64,000 nt of DNA from Podarcis filfolensis. Taxonomy: Eukaryota. How positions within the stretch are numbered: the stretch's first letter is position 1; each line of letters starts with the position of its first letter. The notes beneath the pieces were generated by a model. It was not told the DNA's origin and searched no databases. It saw only the letters and a list, made by a program, of their open reading frames with translations. Location of the stretch: assembly GCA_964270895.1 (NCBI GenBank), contig OZ185453.1. One strand, given 5' to 3'. Positions 1 through 12,107 of this stretch are shown here, piece by piece. A program made the translations under genes and the position numbers.

Positions 1-864
1 CTGCTTAGTAACACAGTGGAACACCCACTTTACTGCTTCGGGACACAGTGGAAAGGCTAATCTTCCTCCCAGCAGTGACAGACCTCACCCCTGTCATCCA
101 GCCTCTCTGGGAAGAACTTCAGAACCCTGGCAAACATCCACACAAGCACTGATTTCTCAGAGGCCTGTTTCTTCATGGCCACAGGAGCACACAAGTTCCT
201 TGAGTTGAAAGGCAGTCCTCCAGACCACCACATTTTTATCATTGTTATCCCAAAGTGTGTCCTTCCTAGTGGCCATAATCTTAGTCCATGAGGTTTCAGA
301 GCTGGGAGCCCTGGTACATCTGTGTGACCTTTTCACAAGGGTAGAATAAATCTGTGCACAGCCTTCTATCCAAAAACGAACTCTGCTTTGCACCGAACAG
401 AACAACTGATCTTGCCCTTCTTTTGCCCCAGCCCCCCTATCCCCTGTCACAGGCTTAGTCTTTACAGGGTTCTAAAGACTTGTCCCAGACACACTCAAGC
501 CTTCCATCAAACAGACTCCCCATTTGTATTCTTTAACCCCCAGGTCCCTAGGGGAAAAAGACTTCACCCACCATATTAGTGAGATGGCCTAAAGCCTCCA
601 TGGTCTTGACCTGTCTGGCTCAGCACCTCCCTGCATCACAAAAATGTCATGGCACACACTCCACAAGAGCAGCACCAGCAGCACCAGCAGCCGTGCTTGC
701 CCCTTCAGTTGCTGATGGCATGTAAGTGGTCATGTGGGAGCCTCCTCCTCCCTTTCCCTTTGCCTCCGTAGAGGTGACATTTGACAGCACGTTCCAGCAT
801 ATTCTTCATCATTGTTACTCCCACTGGTTTATCTTAAATTCCCTCCCTAGAATCAGAGTAGCTT

Positions 865-1220
865 GAAAAGGTAAAGGACCCCTGACAGTTAAGTCCAGTC
901 GCAGACGACTCTGGGGTTGCGGCTCTCATCTCGCTTTACTGGCCAAGGGAGCCGCTGTTTGTCTGCAGACATGTGGCCAGCATGACTAAGCCGCTTCTGG
1001 CGCAAGGGAACACTGAAACCAGAGCAGCGTATGGAAACACCATTTACCTTCCCACCGGAGCAGGAAGCACATTTTTGGGCGTGCTTTTGAACTGCTAGGT
1101 TGGCAGGAGCTGGGACCGAACAACGGGAGCTCACCCTGTTGTGGGGATTCGAACCGCCGACCTTCTGATCAGCAAGCCCAGGAGGCTCAGTGGTTTGGAC
1201 CACAGCACCACCCGCGTCCC
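865..1220 (-). mobile_element. Sauria SINE, full length, 12-bp TSD
   Basis: Reverse complement starts GGGACGCGGGTGGTGCTGTGG (tRNA-like head with GGTTCGAATCC B box) and ends in an ACCTTT tail. TCAGAGTAGCTT is duplicated at 853-864 and 1221-1232. Confidence 0.92.
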
Positions 1221-1489
1221 TCAGAGTAGCTTAGGCATATCCCATTCCTGTTGGATGCCTCTTCAGGTTGAGAAAGGAACACGGAGCTCCTGTTGACCAG
1301 TGTGTCGTGGCACACACATTCATCTGCAGATACCTCCAGTCTGCGCTGAGTCATCTCTTGCTGGGAGGGACCTCTCTCTTCCTGTGTTTTGCCTTTCCCT
1401 TCTTTGACTCTGTCTCAACTTGGCCATGGGATGCAACTGGAGCAAGCATCATTTTAATAGATTATATATGATATGAATATAATTTTATT

Positions 1490-1594
1490 TCTTATGATGT
1501 TTGTTTTTTATTTTAATGATAGTTTTTTCTATGGTTTTAGCGAGTCTCGTTTTTATATGTAAGCCCCCTTGAGTCCCATTAGGGAAAAGGTAGG

Positions 1595-1638
<44 letters not shown>
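1490..1638 (+). mobile_element. LINE (L2-type) 3' tail remnant ending in an (AAT)n microsatellite
   Basis: TGTAAGCCCCCTTGAGTCCC...GGGAAAAGGTAGGAT followed by about 14 AAT units (1596-1638). Confidence 0.55.
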
Positions 1639-2988
1639 CAGCATCCAATGCAGCAACAAAGTTAGTCACGTGCTCCCTGCCTCATAGAAGGATGCATTGT
1701 TTACCCCAAACAAGAAAGAACCTTCACAGTAAGCACTGAAAAAGCACTATCCTTTTCTAACCAGAAATCAGGTTTCTTTCTTTTCTTTTTTAAAAATCTG
1801 TTTTTCAGGGCAAGTTCCCTCACAAAGCAGTACGCAAAGACAGTTGTATAAAACATAAAGGAATAATTTGAAATCTACATTACACTTTTAAAAAATAGCA
1901 GTAAAATATCACTAAAATAAAATGTTATAGATTGAAATAAAAAAAAACCTTTAATGTTCCTTTAAAATCATTAATGAAAGACCCATGCATACTTCATGGG
2001 GGAGAGCAGTGCATGGATCAGATCAGGTTTAAACAGAGATAAGAAATAATGTGTGGAATGAAGTGTGCTCACAGTTATTGTGGTCATGCAGTTGTCTTCT
2101 TTTTTATTATTAAAAAAATACAGTCTTACTGTGCCAGGTGAAGACTTTTTTAATTGACTGAGGGTTTTAGTTGCCCCAATGTTTTTGTTTTGTCTTGACT
2201 GGTAATTTTATCTTGTGCTCACTTTTTTCCTGCTGTTTTCACAACTTTACTGTGTTTCTATATTTATGAAAAGTATTATGAGGCTTTTGTAAAAAGTGGC
2301 ATAGGAGTGTTCAAGATGAATACAGAATTACAATAGTGACTGGCCCTCATAGGACACATACATCACCTTGAGCTTGTTATATTTATATAATCATATACAT
2401 TACACTCCTTTATAAAAAATACTATGGAATTTATTTTATAATAGCCTAAAAACTTGTTCTGCTGCAAATATGTTGGGCTTGTTTTTCTGAGCTGTTTCTG
2501 AAGCAGAGGTAGGAAACCTTTCAGCTCAAGGCATTTCCTCGTGAGCAACCTTCCCGGTGCCATATGGTGGGTGTGGGCAAAGAGAGGAGGCAGGGAAGTG
2601 AGAGGCAAAAATGGGCAGAGCAACAGATGCGATTCTTACAGTAGGCTGCATTCCAGCCAGGCAAAAAGCATAGGTTTCTGCATATATGTGTACACACCTC
2701 TCTCCTTCCAGCCAAGCAATAGGCATTATCACAATTTCAAGGACATAATCCAGCCAAGCAAAAGCACTCAAGGAAGGCACCATTGAGGTGGAAAGGGGTC
2801 TGACCTGTGGAGAGCCCCATGGGCTGAATAGGAGGGCCAAATTTGCCCCCTGGCCTAAGTTACCCACCCCTTCTCCAAAGCCAGCAACCCTGGTTTTTAA
2901 ATCATAATTTTGAGAACTATCCCATCCTGAAGTGCAAGTTTTAGAAGGGATACTCTCTGCAGTTAACAGGGGTTTTGTCCTTCTAAAG

Positions 2989-3124
2989 CAGGTTTCCTCA
3001 ACCTTGGCCCTCCAGATGTTTTGAGACTACAATTCCCATCATCCCTGGCCACTGGTCCTGCTACCTAGGGATCATGGGAGTTGTAGGCCAAAAACATCTG
3101 GAGGGCCGAGGTTGAGGAAGCCTG
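2989..3124. mobile_element. Palindromic hAT-type MITE, perfect 8-bp TSD
   Basis: Long inverted arms (CAGGTTTCCTCAACCTTGGCCCTCCAGATGTTTT / AAAACATCTGGAGGGCCGAGGTTGAGGAAGCCTG). TTCTAAAG flanks both sides (2981-2988, 3125-3132). Confidence 0.9.
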
Positions 3125-3200
3125 TTCTAAAGGGCCATACTGCAACATAGCTTTCCCTAGGGTGTTATTTGTCAACAGTTTTATCTCTTTGTGTTTTCAG

Positions 3201-4045
3201 ACCATATAAAGGAGAGTACCAAAGAAGATCACCCCCAGGATTGTCCACAGGCTGTGGAAAATCTCAGCAGCCAGCACAGAACGATCCCCTCTTCCAGCTC
3301 AAATGAGCTAAGTGACAGTATGGTATCTGAACCCCAAACATCGGAAACTGAGCAGTCAGCAATTCCTCACCAAGTGGAAGGCAGCATGGATAAGCTGCTG
3401 TCTGCCACTGCTGGTGACAATTATGATGTTACTGCTTCCGATTCTTCTGCTTGGCCAGAGTCTTTAGAGGCAGAGACCCAGGCTGACGAAACTCACTTAT
3501 CTTCATATACACCCCACCCAACATCTGGCATTGCGGAGCAAAGTATGCCCACTGAGGCCTTTGTGCCCAGACCAACCACCTGCCACATCCCGACCACTGA
3601 GGAAGCAGATAACACGATGAGCACAGAACAGGCCAGTGCTTTGGCTCAGACCCCTGGACAAGAAGGCGCCCCCTTCGCATCCAATCTGGAGTCAGACAGC
3701 GAGGGCCCCCCTAAGATGGACTTTGTCGACAACAACATCAAAACTCTGGATGAGAAGCTGCGGACGCTTCTGTATCAGGAACACAGCTTGTCGGGCACTT
3801 CCCCTGAGAGCCAGAAAGATACACAAAGTGCCGTGGAGTCTCCATTTTCCTCGTCTGCTGAAGAAACTCTTCCTGGCCCAGTTCTTGATGCACCAGACTC
3901 CCCCCAAGAGACCCAGCAAAGCCCCACCAAGCTTTCAGACCCCCAGGCTATGCTGATTCCATCTGCAAGTCATCCAGACAGTTTGCCAGTGCTGAGGAGG
4001 GAGCCCAGTGCTATCACCTCTGCTCCCAGTGATCTCTGTATGCAT
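3201..4045 (+). CDS. WNK3: WNK3 large internal coding exon (Ser/Thr/Pro/Glu-rich, with conserved [20 protein letters not shown])
   Basis: Acceptor ttttcag at 3200, donor CAT|gtgagt at 4045. Phase 1 in, phase 0 out. [13 protein letters not shown] is a WNK-family block. The preceding exons lie outside the window. Confidence 0.88.
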
Positions 4046-4544
4046 GTGAGTACTGACAGGGAGATTGGCTGGGGTTGAAATCTTTTCTTCCTGCAACAAG
4101 AAATCTATAGCTATGCTAGATGGCTGTACAAACCCATTTGCTAGCTTAATGGGTGCTGGCAAGTGAGAGGTAAGTTTCCTTTTCAGGCATATTATCCCAA
4201 CATTTTGTCCTGGTTCAGTGCTTGATGAATAGCTGGTAGCTGGGAGTTATCAGTGCTGGGAGATGCACAGGGTGGGAGTTAGATGAAATTTTTACAGCAA
4301 CAGTTTGCCTATATTAATACAGAACTGAACTTTACTAGGCCCTACTTGGGCTAAGAATTGGAAATGTCCTATTTGGAGAAAGGCATTGTAAAATTGTTGA
4401 GCAGTTACATATAACCTCCTAATCTGTCATTGGCTATTTTAACCTGACAAATTGATCTTTTTAAAAAATAGGCACTTCATTGAGCTTGGAGATTTGAATG
4501 TGCAACCCTCAGCAAGAAAGCAATCTCTAAAACAGAGATAGCTA

Positions 4545-4660
4545 ACCAGGAGCCCTGCAGATGTTGTTGGACTCCCAGCTCCCACCAACCCCAGCCAGGA
4601 TGGCCAGTGGTATAGATGATGGGCTTTGGTAGTCCAACAATACGTTGGCTAGCCCTGCTC
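4545..4660. mobile_element. Old degenerate copy of a palindromic hAT-type MITE
   Basis: CAGATGTTGTTGGACTCCCAGCTCCCA...GATGATGGG...TAGTCCAACAA, related to the 2989-3124 family. Confidence 0.5.
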
Positions 4661-4760
4661 TAAAATATGTAAGGTTCAACTTGTATAGCGCAAGAGTCCC
4701 CCTTGCCATATTCAGACACCACTTTCTTCTGTCCCTTCCCCACCCACTTCTTTTGTTCAG

Positions 4761-4989
4761 GAGATGTCCCCGGAGGCTTCATTTCCTGAGAACCCTGTGG
4801 CCTGTCCTGCTTCAGCATCAAGTGGTGGAGCTGTGCACCTGCATGCAGGAGGTGGATATTTTGGCCTAAGCTTTACTTGCCCTAGTCTCAAAAACCCTAT
4901 TAGCAAGAAATCCTGGACTCGCAAATTAAAAAGCTGGGCATACAGGCTACGGCAGACCAGCTTTTTCAAGAAATCAAAAGTCCGGCAAG
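4761..4989 (+). CDS. WNK3: WNK3 coding exon with internal alternative donor at 4851
   Basis: Acceptor ttgttcag at 4760, distal donor CAAG|gtagtg at 4989. Encodes [47 protein letters not shown], nearly identical to human WNK3 as I recall it. Confidence 0.9.
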
Positions 4990-5371
4990 GTAGTGTGCTT
5001 ACAGTCAGGGATCTAGACTAGGTAACATCTGTTTTGATTTATTTAAGTATGGTTGTTTTATTTTCTCTCTCCCCCCTTTTTTAGCATTTCCTGCCTCTTC
5101 CATTTATACATTTTTGCTCCTTTACTCATTTGTGTAACATTTCACCCACCACCACTTTGTTTTCCAGTTTGATTAACCAGTTTTTTCATTCCACATAGAA
5201 GTGTAGGTCTTTAGATACAAAAAATAAAATAAAAAGCCTACATGTATAATAGAATCATTCTTTTTATAATGCAATGTTGCTTTTTAGTATTATCAGGGTC
5301 CCAGCTTTGCCTGACTGTGTTCTTTTTCTTTGTGTTCGTTTTCAACAAAAATAAAATAAATTACACAACAG

Positions 5372-5487
5372 AGGAGATGACTGGCGATGTTGCTCCTGAT
5401 TGGATTTCTCTCTCTGAGCATGCAACAGTGCAGAATAAAGCACCCGGTCAATCTGTGACTGGATCATTCCAGCGAGGCCGATTTCAG
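5372..5487 (+). CDS. WNK3: WNK3 coding exon ending in GSFQRGRFQ (first part of RFxV motif)
   Basis: First AG after the pyrimidine tract is at 5370-5371, donor CAG|gtgcgt at 5487. Phases 1/0 fit the neighbours. The 5' boundary is slightly uncertain because the acceptor is A-rich. Confidence 0.85.
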
Positions 5488-8400
5488 GTGCGTATAATGT
5501 AATCCACAAAACCATGTAAATCCAAATATGCATGCAATGATTGTCTTACTTCCGCTGTTTGTTTTCATTACTACCTTGCTTTGCTCAAAAGAGCTCAAGG
5601 GTGGGGGACTGTCTTCAGGCTAATGGTCACATTCCCATCTGGACAACCTTCTGGGAGAGTGTGTGACAGTGACAGAGGCAAAATGAAGGCAAAATTTACC
5701 ATTGCCCCACCAACTCTTTTGATATGTTGACTATTAGGCATACCTCCTGGACCAGGTTTTGCTGGCATTTCCCCATATTTGGATTTTTATTTTATTTTTT
5801 GCAGCTGGTGTAGGTTTGAGCCATCTTATTTTAACTAGATAAAGCATTTGATTTAATCTGAAGTTTGAACTACGGCTTTGTTGGAGATTTGCATTCTGGC
5901 TGTGGCTTGTTCGTTGCATTAAAGCAGTAAAGGGCTTGGATAATTGGTCTAAAGTTATGATGCGCCAATTATGAGTTATATAATGCATGTTCAGTCCACT
6001 ATTTCATTTATTGTGAAAATCACAATTTCAGCTTTTGCCAAGTTTATCTATAGTTCCCATTTATGAAACAAATCTTTGTCACAGCTTCATATTGTGACTC
6101 AACTCATACTCTTGGAGGTATAAAACTTCAGGGAATGGGAGGTATCAAATTGGAGCCACCTAGTGGCAAGAAACAAATACTAGAATAAGGAGAGATCTTT
6201 TTTACTGAACTTTCCAGGGACATAGTTGGTCGCTGCTCAGAGCTAATCTTTTGCTGTAAAGCCTCCAGATGTGAGAGCTTTTAAAGGACTGTGAGCTGAC
6301 TCTTCTGAAAGGAAGAGGCTGGTACTATTGCAAGCTTTGCTAATCTGATTCATGAAGAGTAAAGAAGCTGTTGTCATCTTAGTTTTTATCACTGCTTTGA
6401 GCTGAGCTAAGTGAGCTAAAATCCCTACTTGACATGGGTCTTTCTTTCCATCTACTCTTGTTCAGTTTGCTGAGTGGATATAAGAAACATCTCCCCACCC
6501 ACAAACCCACACATCAGTCAGAGCATCACTGTGGAGCAAGCCATGTATTTTACAAAGAACAATGTTTTCCATTGAAGGTCACCCCATAAACAGAGTGCAC
6601 AGGCTATTTGACAAAGCAGCCAGTTTTTCATGCTGTTGTTTCTTTCTTTTTTCTTTTTTGTAATTGGATTAAATACTTTTATTTTTACTACATCTCAGAT
6701 CTGTGAGGGGGGAAGCCTTTACCCAAATAGACAAATTGAGGTCCAAATTTTCCTGAGTTGCAGCTTGAGCCAAAAGTTGTGTAAATGAAGATAACTCCTA
6801 CAACTTTCTAGCAGGGAGGAAAGAATGGCAGATTGCCTAAGCCAGTCAGGACCCTGGGAAATCCCCAATAGCCCTGCTGGCTGAGTTTTGGAAAGCAGTG
6901 TCTCAGCAGAGAGCTAGGACCATCTGAAGCCTAAAGTAGGCTGGCAAGGTAGTTGGCCTCAACTACCTTGATGACCTAAAGGGCCTCGTCCTATTCTGCA
7001 AGCACTGATTCCTGTGCCATGGAAGGGATATCAATATTATTGGAGGCTCATTGTTTGAGGAAGGTTGAGAGCTACGTTGTTGGGCCAGGAGAGCCCAGGG
7101 AGAGATGCTGAGGGCCCCTCTAAGTAGAGCAGCATCTATTATTTCCTCATCAGTATCTTTCTCAGTGTAGTGCAAGAGCCTGGGATTGGGGTCATGATAC
7201 CAAGAAAGCATTGGGTCATATAGACATTGGTCAACAGAAATCTGAAGACTGTGATGAGGATGGGGGGGCGAATCTATGCAAGGCTCTAAAACTTTGAGAC
7301 AGTACAAGGTTGAGTTGGTTGCTCTTTAGGTGGGAAGGCACATTGCCTGAATGGCACACCCTGCGGGACAATTGTGTATACACCCAAATGGGTCTGGACA
7401 CTTAGCAGTCATAAAAAGTATATTCAATACAAAATGTAGTTACTGGGAGGAAAAACCTTGTATACTTTCTAGAGCAACAGGAGAATACCCTTGCAACTAT
7501 GCAAGGACCTTTACAGCCTGGTCTGGCAGTTTTTACTTTGAAACCAGTGCTCCCAGTGCTGCAATGATACATATTGTGGGGAAGATATCCGGGAGGATGC
7601 TAAAATCTTCCTGAAGCAATTCCTTATTGAAAACTGAGGGTCCTCTGTGTACATGTTACCCAGGGATTGGGGAAGAACAATCTTCATGCATGAATCAAGC
7701 ATGTTACAGCACTGTACTAGAGATTAAAAAAGGAGGTGTTCTTCACATTCTCTGGCCTCAGTCACCCTTAGGCTCAAAGGAAGTCATAAAGGAGGTGGAG
7801 GCACTGCTTGGGGTGGGATCATTTCCCACTCTACAACCTTTCAGGCTGCAAGGTCTTGCCAGACTCCTTGGACTCAGATGACACATGCCCAGTACAGTCC
7901 TCACCGTTGCACAGTGTAGGAGGCAAAGGCTGCAGAATTAAGCAGTGGCCTTTTGAGAACACTGGCTGTTCCTCAGAGGGAGTGTGAACAATACCAGATC
8001 AGCCAGCCTCTGCACTCTGCCGAGGCAACAGTTCTCCTTGTGTGTAAATGCGAGCACATGAGCCAGCACCATCTGTGGTGCTCTGTCCAGGGTCCTGAAA
8101 AACCCCTGACTTGCCTGTTGTGACTCTGTGCTACCAGTAAGTGTGTCTGCTACAGTCAGCTTCTCCTGAGCCTTGAGCTGTGTTCTTGCAATATGTGTGG
8201 CTTGCAACAGGTATCATACTCGGCCTGCCAGAGAGGTAAGGCCCCAAATCAGGGTACATGAATATTTAGAAGCTTTGGAACCTATATTTGGGAGTATGAA
8301 AAGTACTGAGGAACTTACCTATAGATTTCATAGCAACATGCAAAGGTGATGGGAGGAACTGTCTGCCTACCTGCAGTGACTAGAGAAAATCCTGCAACAA

Positions 8401-9586
8401 GCGGTCTCAGAGGTGGCTTGACCAGATGGGTCAAGGGAGTGTTGTCCTAATACTAGAGGGGACTCTCTATGATAAACAGTTCTTAGTAAAAAATTGTCTG
8501 AAAGAGGAGTTACCAGTGCCTATGGGTTCTTTTTAGATAATGAAAAGGGCTGTGTCTGTTGCGCCATCTCTCTGCAGTAATTCTTCATGCACTATAAGTA
8601 TTTTGCATTCTTATAGTGTATCTTTCCTGGTGAACCATATGTAGGTCTGTATCATGTAGCTCCCTGTGCTTTAAATTGCTGTACGTTTCCCCCCTGTCTG
8701 TCTCTCACTCTCTCTGTTCCCCCATCAATGTATTGCAGCCCTTATAAAACCACTCAGTTTTGTCTTGACTGTGGATAGTTTTGCTGCAGTTGCTATAGGA
8801 TCTCCTAGCAGGCCTTTGCAAGGCATATTAATGCATATTAATTCAAAGTAGTTTTAAAGAAATCTATGAAGCTGATTATTGACAGTTTTCTTAGTGTATC
8901 TGGTATTTTCTCTTTGAAGTCCTCTCTTCATAGATATTTGATACATGGGGTGAGGGGAGTTTATTCTTTGTTTGGTGTGGTCTTTTTAGCAGTAGGGTCA
9001 GCTGACATTTATGTCCCTGTAGTCCAGGTCTCTCTTGGCATGACATGATACACTGTTTCCCCCTTTTTCTGAATAGAAGATAAGAATTTGCTCTCCTATT
9101 TAGGTCATGCAAGTCAAAGCTTTTGTGTGCATTTAGTAGCTAACATACATAAAACCTTTTTATTTGTGCAAGGTGTGGTTGAACATTTAAAAAATATATA
9201 TGCAATATTTTTAATATTTCATATTTTAAATCTATTTTAAATGATATTGTTATAAATGTATCTTGTTCCCGGGTTAAGCATTTGGAGATAGAGTAGGTTA
9301 AAAATCCAACTAAGGAAATGAAACCCCAGGAATCCTGGCTCTTTGCAACCCCTGCTCATTCCTCGTCGACTCTTAACTACAATCTGAGGCCCAGTAGTAC
9401 AAGTGTGTCATGTTGAAGACACCAAAGTGGGAGCTGCTGCCTGGGCTTGCAGTTGTAAAACAATATTCCTTGGGGACCAAATCCTGCCGATTTTTCTGCC
9501 CCACACTAGGCCAACTTTTCTATAAAAGGAAACCTACTCAGCTGACGTTCTCTCTCTGCCTCTCTCTTCCTCTGTGTGTGCTTCAG

Positions 9587-10047
9587 GTCATCACAGTGCC
9601 ACAGGCTTCAGGTGGTTCAGATAGTGAACCCTGTGAGATGCCTCCTTCCTCAGAACCTGGTCCAGAAGAAGAGTCTCCCAGAAAAGGAGAAATTGCTATG
9701 TTGGCTGGTGCCATGGGTGAAACAGACGCATCCCCTACCACCCCTGAGCAGCGGGACCTGGAGGAGACGTCTGCTATCGCTAGCAGGATGCAGTCCTTCT
9801 CAGAGCCATGGGCCAAAGGCAGTTTTGTGCGGAAGCAGCCCAGCTCTGACAGTGAACTTTCTGCCCCCATGGGTGGTAGCCTGGAGGGCTGGGAGCAAAG
9901 CCAGCAGTCGCAAGAGGAGAGGGATGGCACCCACGTAAAGAGGCGCAGTTCACTCTTTTACTCCCCCTCTTCCCCAATGAGCAGCGATGATGAGTCTGAG
10001 ATTGAAGATGAGGACCTGAAGGTGGAGCTGCAGCGTTTGCGGGAGAA
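9587..10047 (+). CDS. WNK3: WNK3 coding exon (KQPSSDSE; SSLFYSPSSPMSSDDESEIEDEDLKVELQRLREK)
   Basis: Acceptor cttcag at 9586, donor AA|gtaagg at 10047. Strongly conserved WNK3 block preceding the C-terminal coiled coil. Confidence 0.95.
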
Positions 10048-12107
10048 GTAAGGGCACTAAAATGGGGCCTTGTAACATATTCATCAAGGTTCTCATTATA
10101 GCAAGGGACCGAAATGTGGAAAGGGTGGAGCAGAGTAAGACTTTCTTTGTGCTCCATTACATTCATTTTTTGATTTTGAAGTTAGATAATATCACAAAGC
10201 TTTGGTAAGTCTGGGTCTGCTACTTCCAAATGATTCTGCCACTATTTAGCAAGCCAGATTGGATGGCTATTTGATGAAGGAATTCTCAGGTGATCTGTCA
10301 TACAACCAATCAATGTAACTGAATCTACATAAATTTTCATATGAAGGAAACTAATTCTGAAGGGGGGAATCGTTATTTCTTCTTCTTTTTAGATTATGTA
10401 TAATTGCATCATAGTAGTCTTAATCTTAGAAGTGGCCTTCCCTTCTGGGTGAGAGAAGGAGCAGTGCCTCTTCTAAGAAGGAACTTTCAGTCACAGAGTT
10501 GTAAGTACTTACCTTACAAATAATTACCTTACAAAATATTTTGCCTGGTTAGCAAAGGGCAGCTTTTTAATCAAGAAAAAAAGTTAATTAATACATCAGT
10601 CTAGGTGAATCTATTAAACACTGCAGCCCTTACTATAGATGTGTGATGTATTAAGTAGAAGTAGGGCAGAGCAACCTTATCCTCTAGTACCCTAGGGAGA
10701 CAGGGAAGCTTTTGTCATATCCAACCCTTGCCCATCACAGAAGGTGGGTGGGGGACACATGGCTCTGAAAAGAGTAGGGTGGAGCAGCAGCAGCTCCACC
10801 CCCAGCAGCCATGGCAACGCCACCTGCACTTGAACATTTAATTGTGGCCAATGTGGCGAAGTCACGGAAATGCCCTATGGCCACCAGACAGAGCCAACTG
10901 ACTCATGCTGACATCGAGGCACCCCTGCTACACCCCTGCCCCACCCCTCGCAACACGCAATCTGCCAAATATACAATGATGTCCCAGCACCTTCTGCTGT
11001 GTGAGTGGCCAAGAGCCGCAGGCATCCCTGAGTCCAGTTCCTCTTACACTGCACACTGCTGACAAGTACTGTTTTTCTTCACAACACAAAAGAAAGGAAA
11101 GAGAAGCCATATAACACAACATCCGAACTGCTGCCTTGGGAGAATGCCTGCAAAGGGACGAGAATTCAAGGCCACCAAAGGAGAAAAAGAGCATTTTGCC
11201 ACTTGGGGAAAGGGAAGGAGCAGAATAGGCCCAAGAGGGGCCACAGCCACACATTGACAGTAGCAGCCTGCAGTAACTCGCAGTGTAGGGAACATGGTTG
11301 GGAAACGAGAGATGCAAGAGCAAGCCCCAACAAGGGGAATATGACCCCCATGCACTTTTAGTATGCCTGAGCCAGCAATAGTCATCACAGAGGCAAAAGA
11401 CAGGGAGCTCGTGCACATGAACCCACACTGGAGACGCCACAGAACAGTTCCCTAACTATTTAGCCATAGCAGCAAACAGGAAACAGATACCTTATGGGAC
11501 ATTTGCTTCCCTCAGTTTCAAGACATATGCTGGATTGAGACACGTCAAAGAAGCGATTCAGTTAAACGCGTTGCAAACTCATACAGGGAAATCCGGTAGG
11601 GAAAGACAGGACTCCACAGCGCCATCTGGTGTCACAGTGTCAGATTGCATATACAACGCATATAAAATGCTTTTTCTTTACCAGTCTAGCTGAGTCCATA
11701 GTCATATATACCAGGAACATATGGGCTGCAGGAGAAACCTCTCGCCTGTGGAGCAGCTTAAGTTACAAATGCTGTGTGTTCCAGGTCTCAATAAAAAGTA
11801 CAATCCAATGCTACAAATGGGGGGGGGCAGACTTAGGAACTGCTGAGCCAATTGGGAGGAGCCCTGCATGGGCCAAGAAGTCCTTTTGGCCCACCCCTCC
11901 CACAGCAACCCATGTGGGTGAGGAGAAGGTAAAGGAGCTCCTAACCCTGAGCCTTGGCACAAAAAAGTCTCTGCCTGTTCCCTGGGCTGAAAGTCTCACA
12001 GCTGGTCCATCACTCTTTGCCTGCGTCTAGTGGCTGCTGAGGTGGGTATTGAGTAAGCCAGGGCTTGGCCTTGTCTTAAGGCTTTGTTCTCTTCCTCTTC
12101 TGTGTAG

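Noticed and set aside
5281-5304. Upstream in-phase AGs as the acceptor of the 5372 exon
   Set aside because: They lie upstream of the branch point and pyrimidine tract and would add a Phe-rich stretch typical of translated intron.
6963-8500. Possible LINE or viral coding relic in the WNK3 intron
   Set aside because: No RT, integrase, gag or capsid motif was recognisable in any frame. A profile search would be needed.
8587-8621. Hairpin as a pre-miRNA
   Set aside because: The stem is only about 12 bp and does not extend.
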